Below, piece after piece: positions 45,041 to 60,254 of a DNA stretch of 64,000 nucleotides (positions are counted from its first letter, which is position 1; the number at the start of each line of letters is the position of its first letter). The stretch comes from Auanema rhodensis (Eukaryota > Animalia > Nematoda): contig OZ059896.1 of assembly GCA_964057225.1 (NCBI GenBank), positions 5,332,001-5,396,000 of the forward strand, written 5' to 3'. The notes beneath the pieces are model-generated. The model searched no databases. It had not been told where the DNA came from and worked only from the letters and a program-made list of their open reading frames with translations. Position numbers and translations under genes: made by a program.

Positions 45041-48000
45041 ACCAATATCAATAGAAATTTGTTTTTAGACTAATTTGGACATGGGGAATCTAATTTTGAA
45101 AACCGCTTCTCTTCATCTTTCACGTGAAGCGAGTTACATACCAAGTGCACATCACGTGTACATTTAATTAGCATAAATTAAAGTTCACGTAAATTTCAAA
45201 GTCATGGTTACCATGAACCAATGTCAATAAAAATTTGTTTTTAGACTAATATGGACATGGGAAATCTAATTTTGAAAACCGCATCTCTTCATCTTTCACG
45301 TGAAGCGAGTTACATACCAAGTGCACATCACGTGTACATTTAATTAGCATAAATTAAAGTTCACGTAAATTTCAAAGTCATGGTTACCATGAACCAATAT
45401 CAATAAAAATTTGTTTTTAGACTAATATGGACATGGGGAATCTAATTTCGAAAACCGCATCTCTTTATCTCTCAGGTGAAGCGAGTTACATACCAAGTGC
45501 ACATCACGTGTACATTTAATTAGCATAAATTAAAGTTCACGTAAATTTCAAAGTCATGGTTACCATGAACCAATATCAATAAAAATTTGTTTTTAGACTA
45601 ATATGGACATGGGGAATCTAATTTCGAAAACCGCATCTATTCATCTTTCACGTGAAGCGAGTTACATACCAAGTGCACATCACGTGTACATTTAATTAGC
45701 ATAAATTAAAGTTCACGTAAATTTCAAAGTCATGGTTACCATGAACCAATATCAATAAAAATTTGTTTGTGAACTAATATGGACATGGGGAATCTAATTT
45801 TGGAAACCGCATCTCTTCATCTTTCACGTGAAGCGAGTTACATACCAAGTGCACATCACGTGTACATTTAATTAGCATAAATTAAAGTTCACGTAAATTT
45901 CAAAGTCATGGTTACCATGAACCAATATCAATAAAAATTTGTTTTTAGACTAATATGGACATGGGGAATCTAATTTCGAAAACCGCATCTATTCATCTTT
46001 CACGTGAAGCGAGTTACATACCAAGTGCACATCACGTGTACATTTAATTAGCATAAATTAAAGTTCACGTAAATTTCAAAGTCATGGTTACCATGAACCA
46101 ATATCAATAAAAATTTGTTTGTGAACTAATATGGACATGGGGAATCTAATTTTGGAAACCGCATCTCTTCATCTTTCACGTGAAGCGAGTTACATACCAA
46201 GTGCACATCACGTGTACATTTAATTAGCATAAATAAAAGTTCACGTAAATTTCAAAGTCATGGTTACCATGAACCAATATCAATAAAAATTTGTTTTTAG
46301 ACTAATATGGACATGGGGAATCTAATTTTGAAAACCGCATCTCTTCATCTTTCACGTGAAGCGAGTTACATACCAAGTGCACATCACGTGTACATTTAAT
46401 TAGCATAAATTAAAGTTCACGTAAATTTCAAAGTCATGGTTACCATGAACCAATGTCAATAAAAATTTGTTTTTAGACTAATATGGACATGGGGAATCTA
46501 ATTTTGAAAACCGCATCTCTTTATTTTTCACGTGAAGCGAGTTACATACCAAGTGCACATCACGTGTACATTTAATTAGCATAAATTAAAGTTCACGTAA
46601 ATTTCAAAGTCATGGTTACCATGAACCAATATCAATAAAAATTTGTTTTTAGACTAATATGGACATGGGGAATCTAATTTCGAAAACCGCATCTATTTAT
46701 CTTTTACGTGAAGCGAGTTACATACCAAGTGCACATCACGTGTACAATTAATTAGCATAAATTAAAGTTCACGTAAATTTCAAAGTCATGGTTACCATGC
46801 ACCAATATCAATAAAAATTTGTTTTTAGACTAATATGGACATGGGGAATCTAATTTTGAAAACCGCATCTCTTTATCTCTCAGGTGAAGCGAGTTACATA
46901 CCAAGTGCACATCACGTGTACAATTAATTAGCATAAGTTAAAGTTCACGTAAATTTCAAAGTCATGGTTACCATGCACCAATATCAATAAAAATTTGTTT
47001 TTAGACTAATATGGACATGGGGAATCTAATTTTGAAAACCGCATCTCTTTATCTTTCACGTGAAGCGAGTTACATACCAAGTGCACATCACGTGTACATT
47101 TAATTAGCATAAATTAAAGTTCACGTAAATTTCAAAGTCATGGTTACCATGAACCAATGTCAATAAAAATTTGTTTTTAGACTAATATGGACATGGGGAA
47201 TCTAATTTTGAAAACCGCATCTCTTTATCTCTCAGGTGAAGCGAGTTACATACCAAGTGCACATCACGTGTACAATTAATTAGCATAAATTAAAGTTCAC
47301 GTAAATTTCAAAGTCATGGTTACCATGCACCAATATCAATAAAAATTTGTTTTTAGACTAATATGGACATGGGGAATCTAATTTTGAAAACCGCATCTTT
47401 TTATCTTTCACGTGAAGCGAGTTACATACCAAGTGCACATCACGTGTACATTTAATTAGCATAAATTAAAGTTCACGTAAATTTCAAAGTCATGGTTACC
47501 ATGAACCAATATCAATAAAAATTTGTTTTTAGACTAATATGGACATGGGGAATCTAATTTTGAAAACCGCATCTCTTTATCTTTCACGTGAAGCGAGTTA
47601 CATACCAAGTGCACATCACGTGTACATTTAATTAGCATTAATTAAAGTTCACGTAAATTTCAAAGTCATGGTTACCATGAACCTATATCAATAAAAATTT
47701 GTTTTTAGACTAATATGGACATGGGGAATCTAATTTCGAAAACCGCATCTATTTATCTTTCACGTGAAGCGAGTTACATACCAAGTGCACATCACGTGTA
47801 CAATTAATTAGCATAAATTAAAGTTCACGTAAATTTCAAAGTCATGGTTACCATGCACCAATATCAATAAAAATTTGTTTTTAGACTAATATGGACATGG
47901 GGAATCTAATTTTGAAAACCGCATCTTTTTATCTTTCACGTGAAGCGAGTTACATACCAAGTGCACATCACGTGTACATTTAATTAGCATAAATTAAAGT

Positions 48001-51000
48001 TCACGTAAATTTCAAAGTCATGGTTACCATGAACCAATATCAATAAAAATTTGTTTTTAGACTAATATGGACATGGGGAATCTAATTTTGAAAACCGCAT
48101 CTCTTTATCTTTCACGTGAAGCGAGTTACATACCAAGTGCACATCACGTGTACATTTAATTAGCATTAATTAAAGTTCACGTAAATTTCAAAGTCATGGT
48201 TACCATGAACCTATATCAATAAAAATTTGTTTTTAGACTAATATGGACATGGGGAATCTAATTTCGAAAACCGCATCTATTTATCTTTCACGTGAAGCGA
48301 GTTACATACCAAGTGCACATCACGTGTACAATTAATTAGCATAAATTAAAGTTCACGTAAATTTCAAAGTCATGGTTACCATGCACCAATATCAATAAAA
48401 ATTTGTTTTTAGACTAATATGGACATGGGGAATCTAATTTTGAAAACCGCATCTCTTTATCTCTCAGGTGAAGCGAGTTACATACCAAGTGCACATCACG
48501 TGTACAATTAATTAGCATAAATTAAAGTTCACGTAAATTTCAAAGTCATGGTTACCATGCACCAATATCAATAAAAATTTGTTTTTAGACTAATATGGAC
48601 ATGGGGAATCTAATTTTGAAAACCGCATCTCTTTATCTCTCACGTGAAGCGAGTTACATACCAAGGGCACATCACGTGTACATTTAATTAGCATTAATTA
48701 AAGTTCACGTAAATTTCAAAGTCATGGTTACCATGAACCAATATCAATAAAAATTTGTTTGTGAACTAATATGGACATGGGGAATCTAATTTTGAAAACC
48801 GCATCTCTTCATCTTTCACGTGAAGCGAGTTACATACCAAGTGCACATCACGTGTACATTTAATTAGCATAAATTAAAGTTCACGTAAATTTCAAAGTCA
48901 TGGTTACCATGAACCAATGTCAATAAAAATTTGTTTTTAGACTAATATGGACATGGGGAATCTAATTTTGAAAACCGCATCTCTTTATTTTTCACGTGAA
49001 GCGAGTTACATACCAAGTGCACATCACGTGTACATTTAATTAGCATAAATTAAAGTTCACGTAAATTTCAAAGTCATGGTTACCATGAACCAATATCAAT
49101 AAAAATTTGTTTTTAGACTAATATGGACATGGGGAATCTAATTTCGAAAACCGCATCTATTTATCTTTCACGTGAAGCGAGTTACATACCAAGTGCACAT
49201 CACGTGTACATTTAATTAGCATAAATTAAAGTTCACGTAAATTTCAAAGTCATGGTTACCATGAACCAATATCAATAGAAATTTGTTTTTAGACTAATTT
49301 GGACATGGGGAATCTAATTTTGAAAACCGCATCTCTTCATCTTTCACGTGAAGCGAGTTACATACCAAGTGCACATCACGTGTACATTTAATTAGCATAA
49401 ATTAAAGTTCACGTAAATTTCAAAGTCATGGTTACCATGAACCAATGTCAATAAAAATTTGTTTTTAGACTAATATGGACATGGGGAATCTAATTTTGAA
49501 AACCGCATCTCTTCATCTTTCACGTGAAGCGAGTTACATACCAAGTGCACATCACGTGTACATTTAATTAGCATAAATTAAAGTTCACGTAAATTTCAAA
49601 GTCATGGTTACCATGAACCAATATCAATAAAAATTTGTTTTTAGACTAATATGGACATGGGGAATCTAATTTCGAAAACCGCATCTATTCATCTTTCACG
49701 TGAAGCGAGTTACATACCAAGTGCACATCACGTGTACATTTAATTAGCATAAATTAAAGTTCACGTAAATTTCAAAGTCATGGTTACCATGAACCAATAT
49801 CAATAAAAATTTGTTTGTGAACTAATATGGACATGGGGAATCTAATTTTGGAAACCGCATCTCTTCATCTTTCACGTGAAGCGAGTTACATACCAAGTGC
49901 ACATCACGTGTACATTTAATTAGCATAAATTAAAGTTCACGTAAATTTCAAAGTCATGGTTACCATGAACCAATATCAATAAAAATTTGTTTTTAGACTA
50001 ATATGGACATGGGGAATCTAATTTCGAAAACCGCATCTATTCATCTTTCACGTGAAGCGAGTTACATACCAAGTGCACATCACGTGTACATTTAATTAGC
50101 ATAAATTAAAGTTCACGTAAATTTCAAAGTCATGGTTACCATGAACCAATATCAATAAAAATTTGTTTGTGAACTAATATGGACATGGGGAATCTAATTT
50201 TGGAAACCGCATCTCTTCATCTTTCACGTGAAGCGAGTTACATACCAAGTGCACATCACGTGTACATTTAATTAGCATAAATAAAAGTTCACGTAAATTT
50301 CAAAGTCATGGTTACCATGAACCAATATCAATAAAAATTTGTTTTTAGACTAATATGGACATGGGGAATCTAATTTTGAAAACCGCATCTCTTCATTTTT
50401 CACGTGAAGCGAGTTACATACCAAGTGCACATCACGTGTACATTTAATTAGCATAAATTAAAGTTCACGTAAATTTCAAAGTCATGGTTACCATGAACCA
50501 ATGTCAATAAAAATTTGTTTTTAGACTAATATGGACATGGGGAATCTAATTTTGAAAACCGCATCTCTTTATTTTTCACGTGAAGCGAGTTACATACCAA
50601 GTGCACATCACGTGTACATTTAATTAGCATAAATTAAAGTTCACGTAAATTTCAAAGTCATGGTTACCATGAACCAATATCAATAAAAATTTGTTTTTAG
50701 ACTAATATGGACATGGGGAATCTAATTTCGAAAACCGCATCTATTTATCTTTCACGTGAAGCGAGTTACATACCAAGTGCACATCACGTGTACAATTAAT
50801 TAGCATAAATTAAAAATCACGTAAATTTCAAAGTCATGGTTACCATGCACCAATATCAATAAAAATTTGTTTTTAGACTAATATGGACATGGAAATCTAA
50901 TTTTGAAAACCGCATCTCTTTATCTCTCAGGTGAAGCGAGTTACATACCAAGTGCACATCACGTGTACAATTAATTAGCATAAATTAAAGTTCACGTAAA

Positions 51001-54000
51001 TTTCAAAGTCATGGTTACCATGCACCAATATCAATAAAAATTTGTTTTTAGACTAATATGGACATGGGGAATCTAATTTTGAAAACCGCATCTCTTTATC
51101 TTTCACGTGAAGCGAGTTACATACCAAGTGCACATCACGTGTACATTTAATTAGCATAAATTAAAGTTCACGTAAATTTCAAAGTCATGGTTACCATGAA
51201 CCAATGTCAATAAAAATTTGTTTTTAGACTAATATGGACATGGGGAATCTAATTTTGAAAACCGCATCTCTTTATCTCTCAGGTGAAGCGAGTTACATAC
51301 CAAGTGCACATCACGTGTACAATTAATTAGCATAAATTAAAGTTCACGTAAATTTCAAAGTCATGGTTACCATGCACCAATATCAATAAAAATTTGTTTT
51401 TAGACTAATATGGACATGGGGAATCTAATTTTGAAAACCGCATCTCTTTATCTTTCACGTGTAGCGAGTTACATACCAAGTGCACATCACGTGTACATTT
51501 AATTAGCATAAATTAAAGTTCACGTAAATTTCAAAGTCATGGTTACCATGAACCAATATCAATAAAAATTTGTTTTTAGACTAATATGGACATGGGGAAT
51601 CTAATTTTGAAAACCGCATCTCTTTATCTTTCACGTGAAGCGAGTTACATACCAAGTGCACATCACGTGTACATTTAATTAGCATTAATTAAAGTTCACG
51701 TAAATTTCAAAGTCATGGTTACCATGAACCAATATCAATAAAAATTTGTTTTTAGACTAATATGGACATGGGGAATCTAATTTCGAAAACCGCATCTATT
51801 TATCTTTCACGTGAAGCGAGTTACATACCAAGTGCACATCACGTGTACAATTAATTAGCATAAATTAAAGTTCACGTAAATTTCAAAGTCATGGTTACCA
51901 TGCACCAATATCAATAAAAATTTGTTTTTAGACTAATATGGACATGGGGAATCTAATTTTGAAAACCGCATCTCTTTATCTCTCAGGTGAAGCGAGTTAC
52001 ATACCAAGTGCACATCACGTGTACAATTAATTAGCATAAATTAAAGTTCACGTAAATTTCAAAGTCATGGTTACCATGCACCAATATCAATAAAAATTTG
52101 TTTTTAGACTAATATGGACATGGGAAATCTAATTTTGAAAACCGCATCTCTTTATTTTTCACGTGAAGCGAGTTACATACCAAGTGCACATCACGTGTAC
52201 ATTTAATTAGCATAAATTAAAGTTCACGTAAATTTCAAAGTCATGGTTACCATGAACCAATATCAATAAAAATTTGTTTTTAGACTAATTTGGACATGGG
52301 GAATCTAATTTTGAAAATCGCATCTATTTATCTTTCACGTGAAGCGAGTTACATACCAAGTGCACATCACGTGTACATTTAATTAGCATAAATTAAAGTT
52401 CACGTAAATTTCAAAGTCATGGTTACCATGAACCAATATCAATAAAAATTTGTTTTTAGACTAATATGGACATGGGGAATCTAATTTCGAAAACCGCATC
52501 TATTTATTTTTCACGTGAAGCGAGTTACATACCAAGTGCACATCACGTGTACATTTAATTAGCATAAATTAAAGTTCACGTAAATTTCAAAGTCATGGTT
52601 ACCATGAACCAATATCAATAAAAATTTGTTTTTAGACTAATATGGACATGGGGAATCTAATTTCGAAAACCGCATCTATTTATCTTTCACGTGAAGCGAG
52701 TTACATACCAAGTGCACATCACGTGTACAATTAATTAGCATAAATTAAAGTTCACGTAAATTTCAAAGTCATGGTTACCATGCACCAATATCAATAAAAA
52801 TTTGTTTTTAGACTAATATGGACATGGGGAATCTAATTTTGAAAACCGCATCTCTTTATCTCTCAGGTGAAGCGAGTTACATACCAAGTGCACATCACGT
52901 GTACAATTAATTAGCATAAATTAAAGTTCACGTAAATTTCAAAGTCATGGTTACCATGCACCAATATCAATAAAAATTTGTTTTTAGACTAATATGGACA
53001 TGGGGAATCTAATTTTGAAAACCGCATCTCTTTATCTTTCACGTGAAGCGAGTTACATACCAAGTGCACATCACGTGTACATTTAATTAGCATAAATTAA
53101 AGTTCACGTAAATTTCAAAGTCATGGTTACCATGAACCAATGTCAATAAAAATTTGTTTTTAGACTAATATGGACATGGGGAATCTAATTTTGAAAACCG
53201 CATCTCTTTATCTCTCAGGTGAAGCGAGTTACATACCAAGTGCACATCACGTGTACAATTAATTAGCATAAATTAAAGTTCACGTAAATTTCAAAGTCAT
53301 GGTTACCATGCACCAATATCAATAAAAATTTGTTTTTAGACTAATATGGACATGGGGAATCTAATTTTGAAAACCGCATCTCTTTATCTTTCACGTGAAG
53401 CGAGTTACATACCAAGTGCACATCACGTGTACATTTAATTAGCATAAATTAAAGTTCACGTAAATTTCAAAGTCATGGTTACCATGAACCAATATCAATA
53501 AAAATTTGTTTTTAGACTAATATGGACATGGGGAATCTAATTTTGAAAACCGCATCTCTTTATCTTTCACGTGAAGCGAGTTACATACCAAGTGCACATC
53601 ACGTGTACATTTAATTAGCATTAATTAAAGTTCACGTAAATTTCAAAGTCATGGTTACCATGAACCAATATCAATAAAAATTTGTTTGTGAACTAATATG
53701 GACATGGGGAATCTAATTTTGAAAACCGCATCTCTTCATCTTTCACGTGAAGCGAGTTACATACCAAGTGCACATCACGTGTACAATTAATTAGCATAAA
53801 TTAAAGTTCACGTAAATTTCAAAGTCATGGTTACCATGCACCAATATCAATAAAAATTTGTTTTTAGACTAATATGGACATGGGGAATCTAATTTTGAAA
53901 ACCGCATCTCTTTATCTCTCAGGTGAAGCGAGTTACATACCAAGTGCACATCACGTGTACAATTAATTAGCATAAATTAAAGTTCACGTAAATTTCAAAG

Positions 54001-57000
54001 TCATGGTTACCATGAACCAATGTCAATAAAAATTTGTTTTTAGACTAATATGGACATGGGGAATCTAATTTTGAAAACCGCATCTCTTTATCTCTCAGGT
54101 GAAGCGAGTTACATACCAAGTGCACATCACGTGTACAATTAATTAGCATAAATTAAAGTTCACGTAAATTTCAAAGTCATGGTTACCATGCACCAATATC
54201 AATAAAAATTTGTATTTAGACTAATATGGACATGGGGAATCTAATTTTGAAAACCGCATCTCTTTATCTTTCACGTGAAGCGAGTTACATACCAAGTGCA
54301 CATCACGTGTACATTTAATTAGCATAAATTAAAGTTCACGTAAATTTCAAAGTCATGGTTACCATGAACCAATATCAATAAAAATTTGTTTTTAGACTAA
54401 TATGGACATGGGGAATCTAATTTTGAAAACCGCATCTCTTTATCTTTCACGTGAAGCGAGTTACATACCAAGTGCACATCACGTGTACATTTAATTAGCA
54501 TTAATTAAAGTTCACGTAAATTTCAAAGTCATGGTTACCATGAACCAATATCAATAAAAATTTGTTTTTAGACTAATATGGACATGGGGAATCTAATTTC
54601 GAAAACCGCATCTATTTATTTTTCACGTGAAGCGAGTTACATACCAAGTGCACATCACGTGTACATTTAATTAGCATAAATTAAAGTTCACGTAAATTTC
54701 AAAGTCATGGTTACCATGAACCAATATCAATAAAAATTTGTTTTTAGACTAATATGGACATGGGGAATCTAATTTCGAAAACCGCATCTATTTATCTTTC
54801 ACGTGAAGCGAGTTACATACCAAGTGCACATCACGTGTACAATTAATTAGCATAAATTAAAGTTCACGTAAATTTCAAAGTCATGGTTACCATGCACCAA
54901 TATCAATAAAAATTTGTTTTTAGACTAATATGGACATGGGGAATCTAATTTTGAAAACCGCATCTCTTTATCTCTCAGGTGAAGCGAGTTACATACCAAG
55001 TGCACATCACGTGTACAATTAATTAGCATAAATTAAAGTTCACGTAAATTTCAAAGTCATGGTTACCATGCACCAATATCAATAAAAATTTGTTTTTAGA
55101 CTAATATGGACATGGGGAATCTAATTTTGAAAACCGCATCTCTTTATCTTTCACGTGAAGCGAGTTACATACCAAGTGCACATCACGTGTACATTTAATT
55201 AGCATAAATTAAAGTTCACGTAAATTTCAAAGTCATGGTTACCATGAACCAATGTCAATAAAAATTTGTTTTTAGACTAATATGGACATGGGGAATCTAA
55301 TTTTGAAAACCGCATCTCTTTATCTCTCAGGTGAAGCGAGTTACATACCAAGTGCACATCACGTGTACAATTAATTAGCATAAATTAAAGTTCACGTAAA
55401 TTTCAAAGTCATGGTTACCATGCACCAATATCAATAAAAATTTGTTTTTAGACTAATATGGACATGGGGAATCTAATTTTGAAAACCGCATCTCTTTATC
55501 TTTCACGTGAAGCGAGTTACATACCAAGTGCACATCACGTGTACATTTAATTAGCATAAATTAAAGTTCACGTAAATTTCAAAGTCATGGTTACCATGAA
55601 CCAATATCAATAAAAATTTGTTTTTAGACTAATATGGACATGGGGAATCTAATTTTGAAAACCGCATCTCTTTATCTTTCACGTGAAGCGAGTTACATAC
55701 CAAGTGCACATCACGTGTACATTTAATTAGCATTAATTAAAGTTCACGTAAATTTCAAAGTCATGGTTACCATGAACCAATATCAATAAAAATTTGTTTG
55801 TGAACTAATATGGACATGGGGAATCTAATTTTGAAAACCGCATCTCTTCATCTTTCACGTGAAGCGAGTTACATACCAAGTGCACATCACGTGTACATTT
55901 AATTAGCATAAATTAAAGTTCACGTAAATTTCAAAGTCATGGTTACCATGCACCAATATCAATAAAAATTTGTTTTTAGACTAATATGGACATGGGGAAT
56001 CTAATTTTGAAAACCGCATCTCTTTATCTCTCACGTGAAGCGAGTTACATACCAAGGGCACATCACGTGTACATTTAATTAGCATTAATTAAAGTTCACG
56101 TAAATTTCAAAGTCATGGTTACCATGAACCAATATCAATAAAAATTTGTTTGTGAACTAATATGGACATGGGGAATCTAATTTTGAAAACCGCATCTCTT
56201 CATCTTTCACGTGAAGCGAGTTACATACCGAGTGCACATCACGTGTACATTTAATTAGCATAAATTAAAGTTCACGTAAATTTCAAAGTCATGGTTACCA
56301 TGAACCAATGTCAATAAAAATTTGTTTTTAGACTAATATGGACATGGGGAATCTAATTTTGAAAACCGCATCTATTTATCTTTCACGTGAAGCGAGTTAC
56401 ATACCAAGTGCACATCACGTGTACATTTAATTAGCATAAATTAAAGTTCACGTAAATTTCAAAGTCATGGTTACCATGAACCAATATCAATAAAAATTTG
56501 TTTTTAGACTAATATGGACATGGGGAATCTAATTTCGAAAACCGCATCTATTTATCTTTCACGTGAAGCGAGTTACATACCAAGTGCACATCACGTGTAC
56601 AATTAATTAGCATAAATTAAAGTTCACGTAAATTTCAAAGTCATGGTTACCATGCACCAATATCAATAAAAATTTGTTTTTAGACTAATATGGACATGGG
56701 GAATCTAATTTCGAAAACCGCATCTCTTTATTTTTCACGTGAAGCGAGTTACATACCAAGTGCACATCACGTGTACAATTAATTAGCATAAATTAAAGTT
56801 CACGTAAATTTCAAAGTCATGGTTACCATGCACCAATATCAATAAAAATTTGTTTTTAGACTAATATGGACATGGGAAATCTAATTTTGAAAACCGCATC
56901 TCTTTATTTTTCACGTGAAGCGAGTTACATACCAAGTGCACATCACGTGTACATTTAATTAGCATAAATTAAAGTTCACGTAAATTTCAAAGTCATGGTT

Positions 57001-60000
57001 ACCATGAACCAATATCAATAAAAATTTGTTTTTAGACTAATATGGACATGGGAAATCTAATTTTGAAAACCGCATCTATTTATCTTTCACGTGAAGCGAG
57101 TTACATACCAAGTGCACATCACGTGTACATTTAATTAGCATAAATTAAAGTTCACGTAAATTTCAAAGTCATGGTTACCATGAACCAATATCAATAAAAA
57201 TTTGTTTTTAGACTAATATGGACATGGGGAATCTAATTTCGAAAACCGCATCTATTTATCTTTCACGTGAAACGAGTTACATACCAAGTGCACATCACGT
57301 GTACATTTAATTAGCATAAATTAAAGTTCACGTAAATTTCAAAGTCATGGTTACCATGAACCAATATCAATAAAAATTTGTTTTTAGACTAATTTGGACA
57401 TGGGGAATCTAATTTTGAAAACCGCATCTATTTATCTTTCACGTGAAGCGAGTTACATACCAAGTGCACATCACGTGTACATTTAATTAGCATTAATTAA
57501 AGTTCACGTAAATTTCAAAGTCATGGTTACCATGAACCAATATCAATAAAAATTTGTTTTTAGACTAATATGGACATGGGGAATCTAATTTCGAAAACCG
57601 CATCTATTTATCTTTCACGTGAAGCGAGTTACATACCAAGTGCACATCACGTGTACATTTAATTAGCATGAATTAAAGTTCACGTAAATTTCAAAGTCAT
57701 GGTTACCATGAACCAATATCAATAAAAATTTGTTTTTAGACTAATATGGACATGGGGAATCTAATTTTGAAAACCGCATCTATTTATCTTTCACGTAAAG
57801 CGAGTTACATACCAAGTGCACATCACGTGTACATTTAATTAGCATAAATTAAAGTTCACGTAAATTTCAAAGTCATGGTTACCATGCACCAATATCAATA
57901 AAAATTTGTTTTTAGACTAATATGGACATGGGAAATCTAATTTTGAAAACCGCATCTCTTTATTTTTCACGTGAAGCGAGTTACATACCAAGTGCACATC
58001 ACGTGTACATTTAATTAGCATAAATTAAAGTTCACGTAAATTTCAAAGTCATGGTTACCATGAACCAATATCAATAAAAATTTGTTTTTAGACTAATTTG
58101 GACATGGGGAATCTAATTTTGAAAACCGCATCTATTTATCTTTCACGTGAAGCGAGTTACATACCAAGTGCACATCACGTGTACATTTAATTAGCATAAA
58201 TTAAAGTTCACGTAAATTTCAAAGTCATGGTTACCATGAACCAATATCAATAAAAATTTGTTTTTAGACTAATATGGACATGGGGAATCTAATTTTGAAA
58301 ACCGCATCTATTTATCTTTCACGTGAAGCGAGTTACATACCAAGTGCACATCACGTGTACATTTAATTAGCATAAATTAAAGTTCACGTAAATTTCAAAG
58401 TCATGGTTACCATGAACCAATATCAATAAAAATTTGTTTTTAGACTAATATGGACATGGGGAATCTAATTTCGAAAACCGCATCTATTTATCTTTCACGT
58501 GAAGCGAGTTACATACCAAGTGCACATCACGTGTACATTTAATTAGCATGAATTAAAGTTCACGTAAATTTCAAAGTCATGGTTACCATGAACCAATATC
58601 AATAAAAATTTGTTTTTAGACTAATATGGACATGGGGAATCTAATTTTGAAAACCGCATCTATTTATCTTTCACGTAAAGCGAGTTACATACCAAGTGCA
58701 CATCACGTGTACATTTAATTAGCATAAATTAAAGTTCACGTAAATTTCAAAGTCATGGTTACCATGCACCAATATCAATAAAAATTTGTTTTTAGACTAA
58801 TATGGACATGGGAAATCTAATTTTGAAAACCGCATCTCTTTATTTTTCACGTGAAGCGAGTTACATACCAAGTGCACATCACGTGTACATTTAATTAGCA
58901 TAAATTAAAGTTCACGTAAATTTCAAAGTCATGGTTACCATGAACCAATATCAATAAAAATTTGTTTTTAGACTAATTTGGACATGGGGAATCTAATTTT
59001 GAAAACCGCATCTATTTATCTTTCACGTGAAGCGAGTTACATACCAAGTGCACATCACGTGTACATTTAATTAGCATAAATTAAAGTTCACGTAAATTTC
59101 AAAGTCATGGTTACCATGAACCAATATCAATAAAAATTTGTTTTTAGACTAATATGGACATGGGGAATCTAATTTCGAAAACCGCATCTATTTATCTTTC
59201 ACGTGAAGCGAGTTACATACCAAGTGCACATCACGTGTACATTTAATTAGCATAAATTAAAGTTCACGTAAATTTCAAAGTCATGGTTACCATGAACCAA
59301 TATCAATAAAATTTTGTTTTTAGACTAATTTGGACATGGGGAATCTAATTTTGAAAACCGCATCTATTTATCTTTCACGTGAAGCGAGTTACATACCAAG
59401 TGCACATCACGTGTACATTTAATTAGCATAAATTAAAGTTCACGTAAATTTCAAAGTCATGGTTACCATGAACCAATATCAATAAAAATTTGTTTTTAGA
59501 CTAATATGGACATGGGGAATCTAATTTCGAAAACCGCATCTATTTATCTTTCACGTGAAGCGAGTTACATACCAAGTGCACATCACGTGTACATTTAATT
59601 AGCATGAATTAAAGTTCACGTAAATTTCAAAGTCATGGTTACCATGAACCAATATCAATAAAAATTTGTTTTTAGACTAATATGGACATGGGGAATCTAA
59701 TTTTGAAAACCGCATCTATTTATCTTTCACGTAAAGCGAGTTACATACCAAGTGCACATCACGTGTACATTTAATTAGCATAAATTAAAGTTCACGTAAA
59801 TTTCAAAGTCATGGTTACCATGAACCAATATCAATAAAAATTTGATTTTAGACTAATATGGACATGGGGAATCTAATTTTGGAAACCGCATCTCTTTATC
59901 TTTCACGTGAAGCGAGTTACATACCAAGTGCACATCACGTGTACATTTAATTAGCATGAATTAAAGTTCACGTAAATTTCAAAGTCATGGTTACCATGAA

Positions 60001-60254
60001 CCAATATCAATAAAAATTTGTTTTTAGACTAATATGGACATGGGGAATCTAATTTCGAAAACCGCATCTATTTATCTTTCACGTGAAGCGAGTTACATAC
60101 CAAGTGCACATCACGTGTACATTTAATTAGCATAAATTAAAGTTCACGTAAATTTCAAAGTCATGGTTACCATGAACCAATATCAATAAAAATTTGTTTT
60201 TAGACTAATATGGACATGGGGAATCTAATTTCGAAAACCGCATCTCTTTATCTT

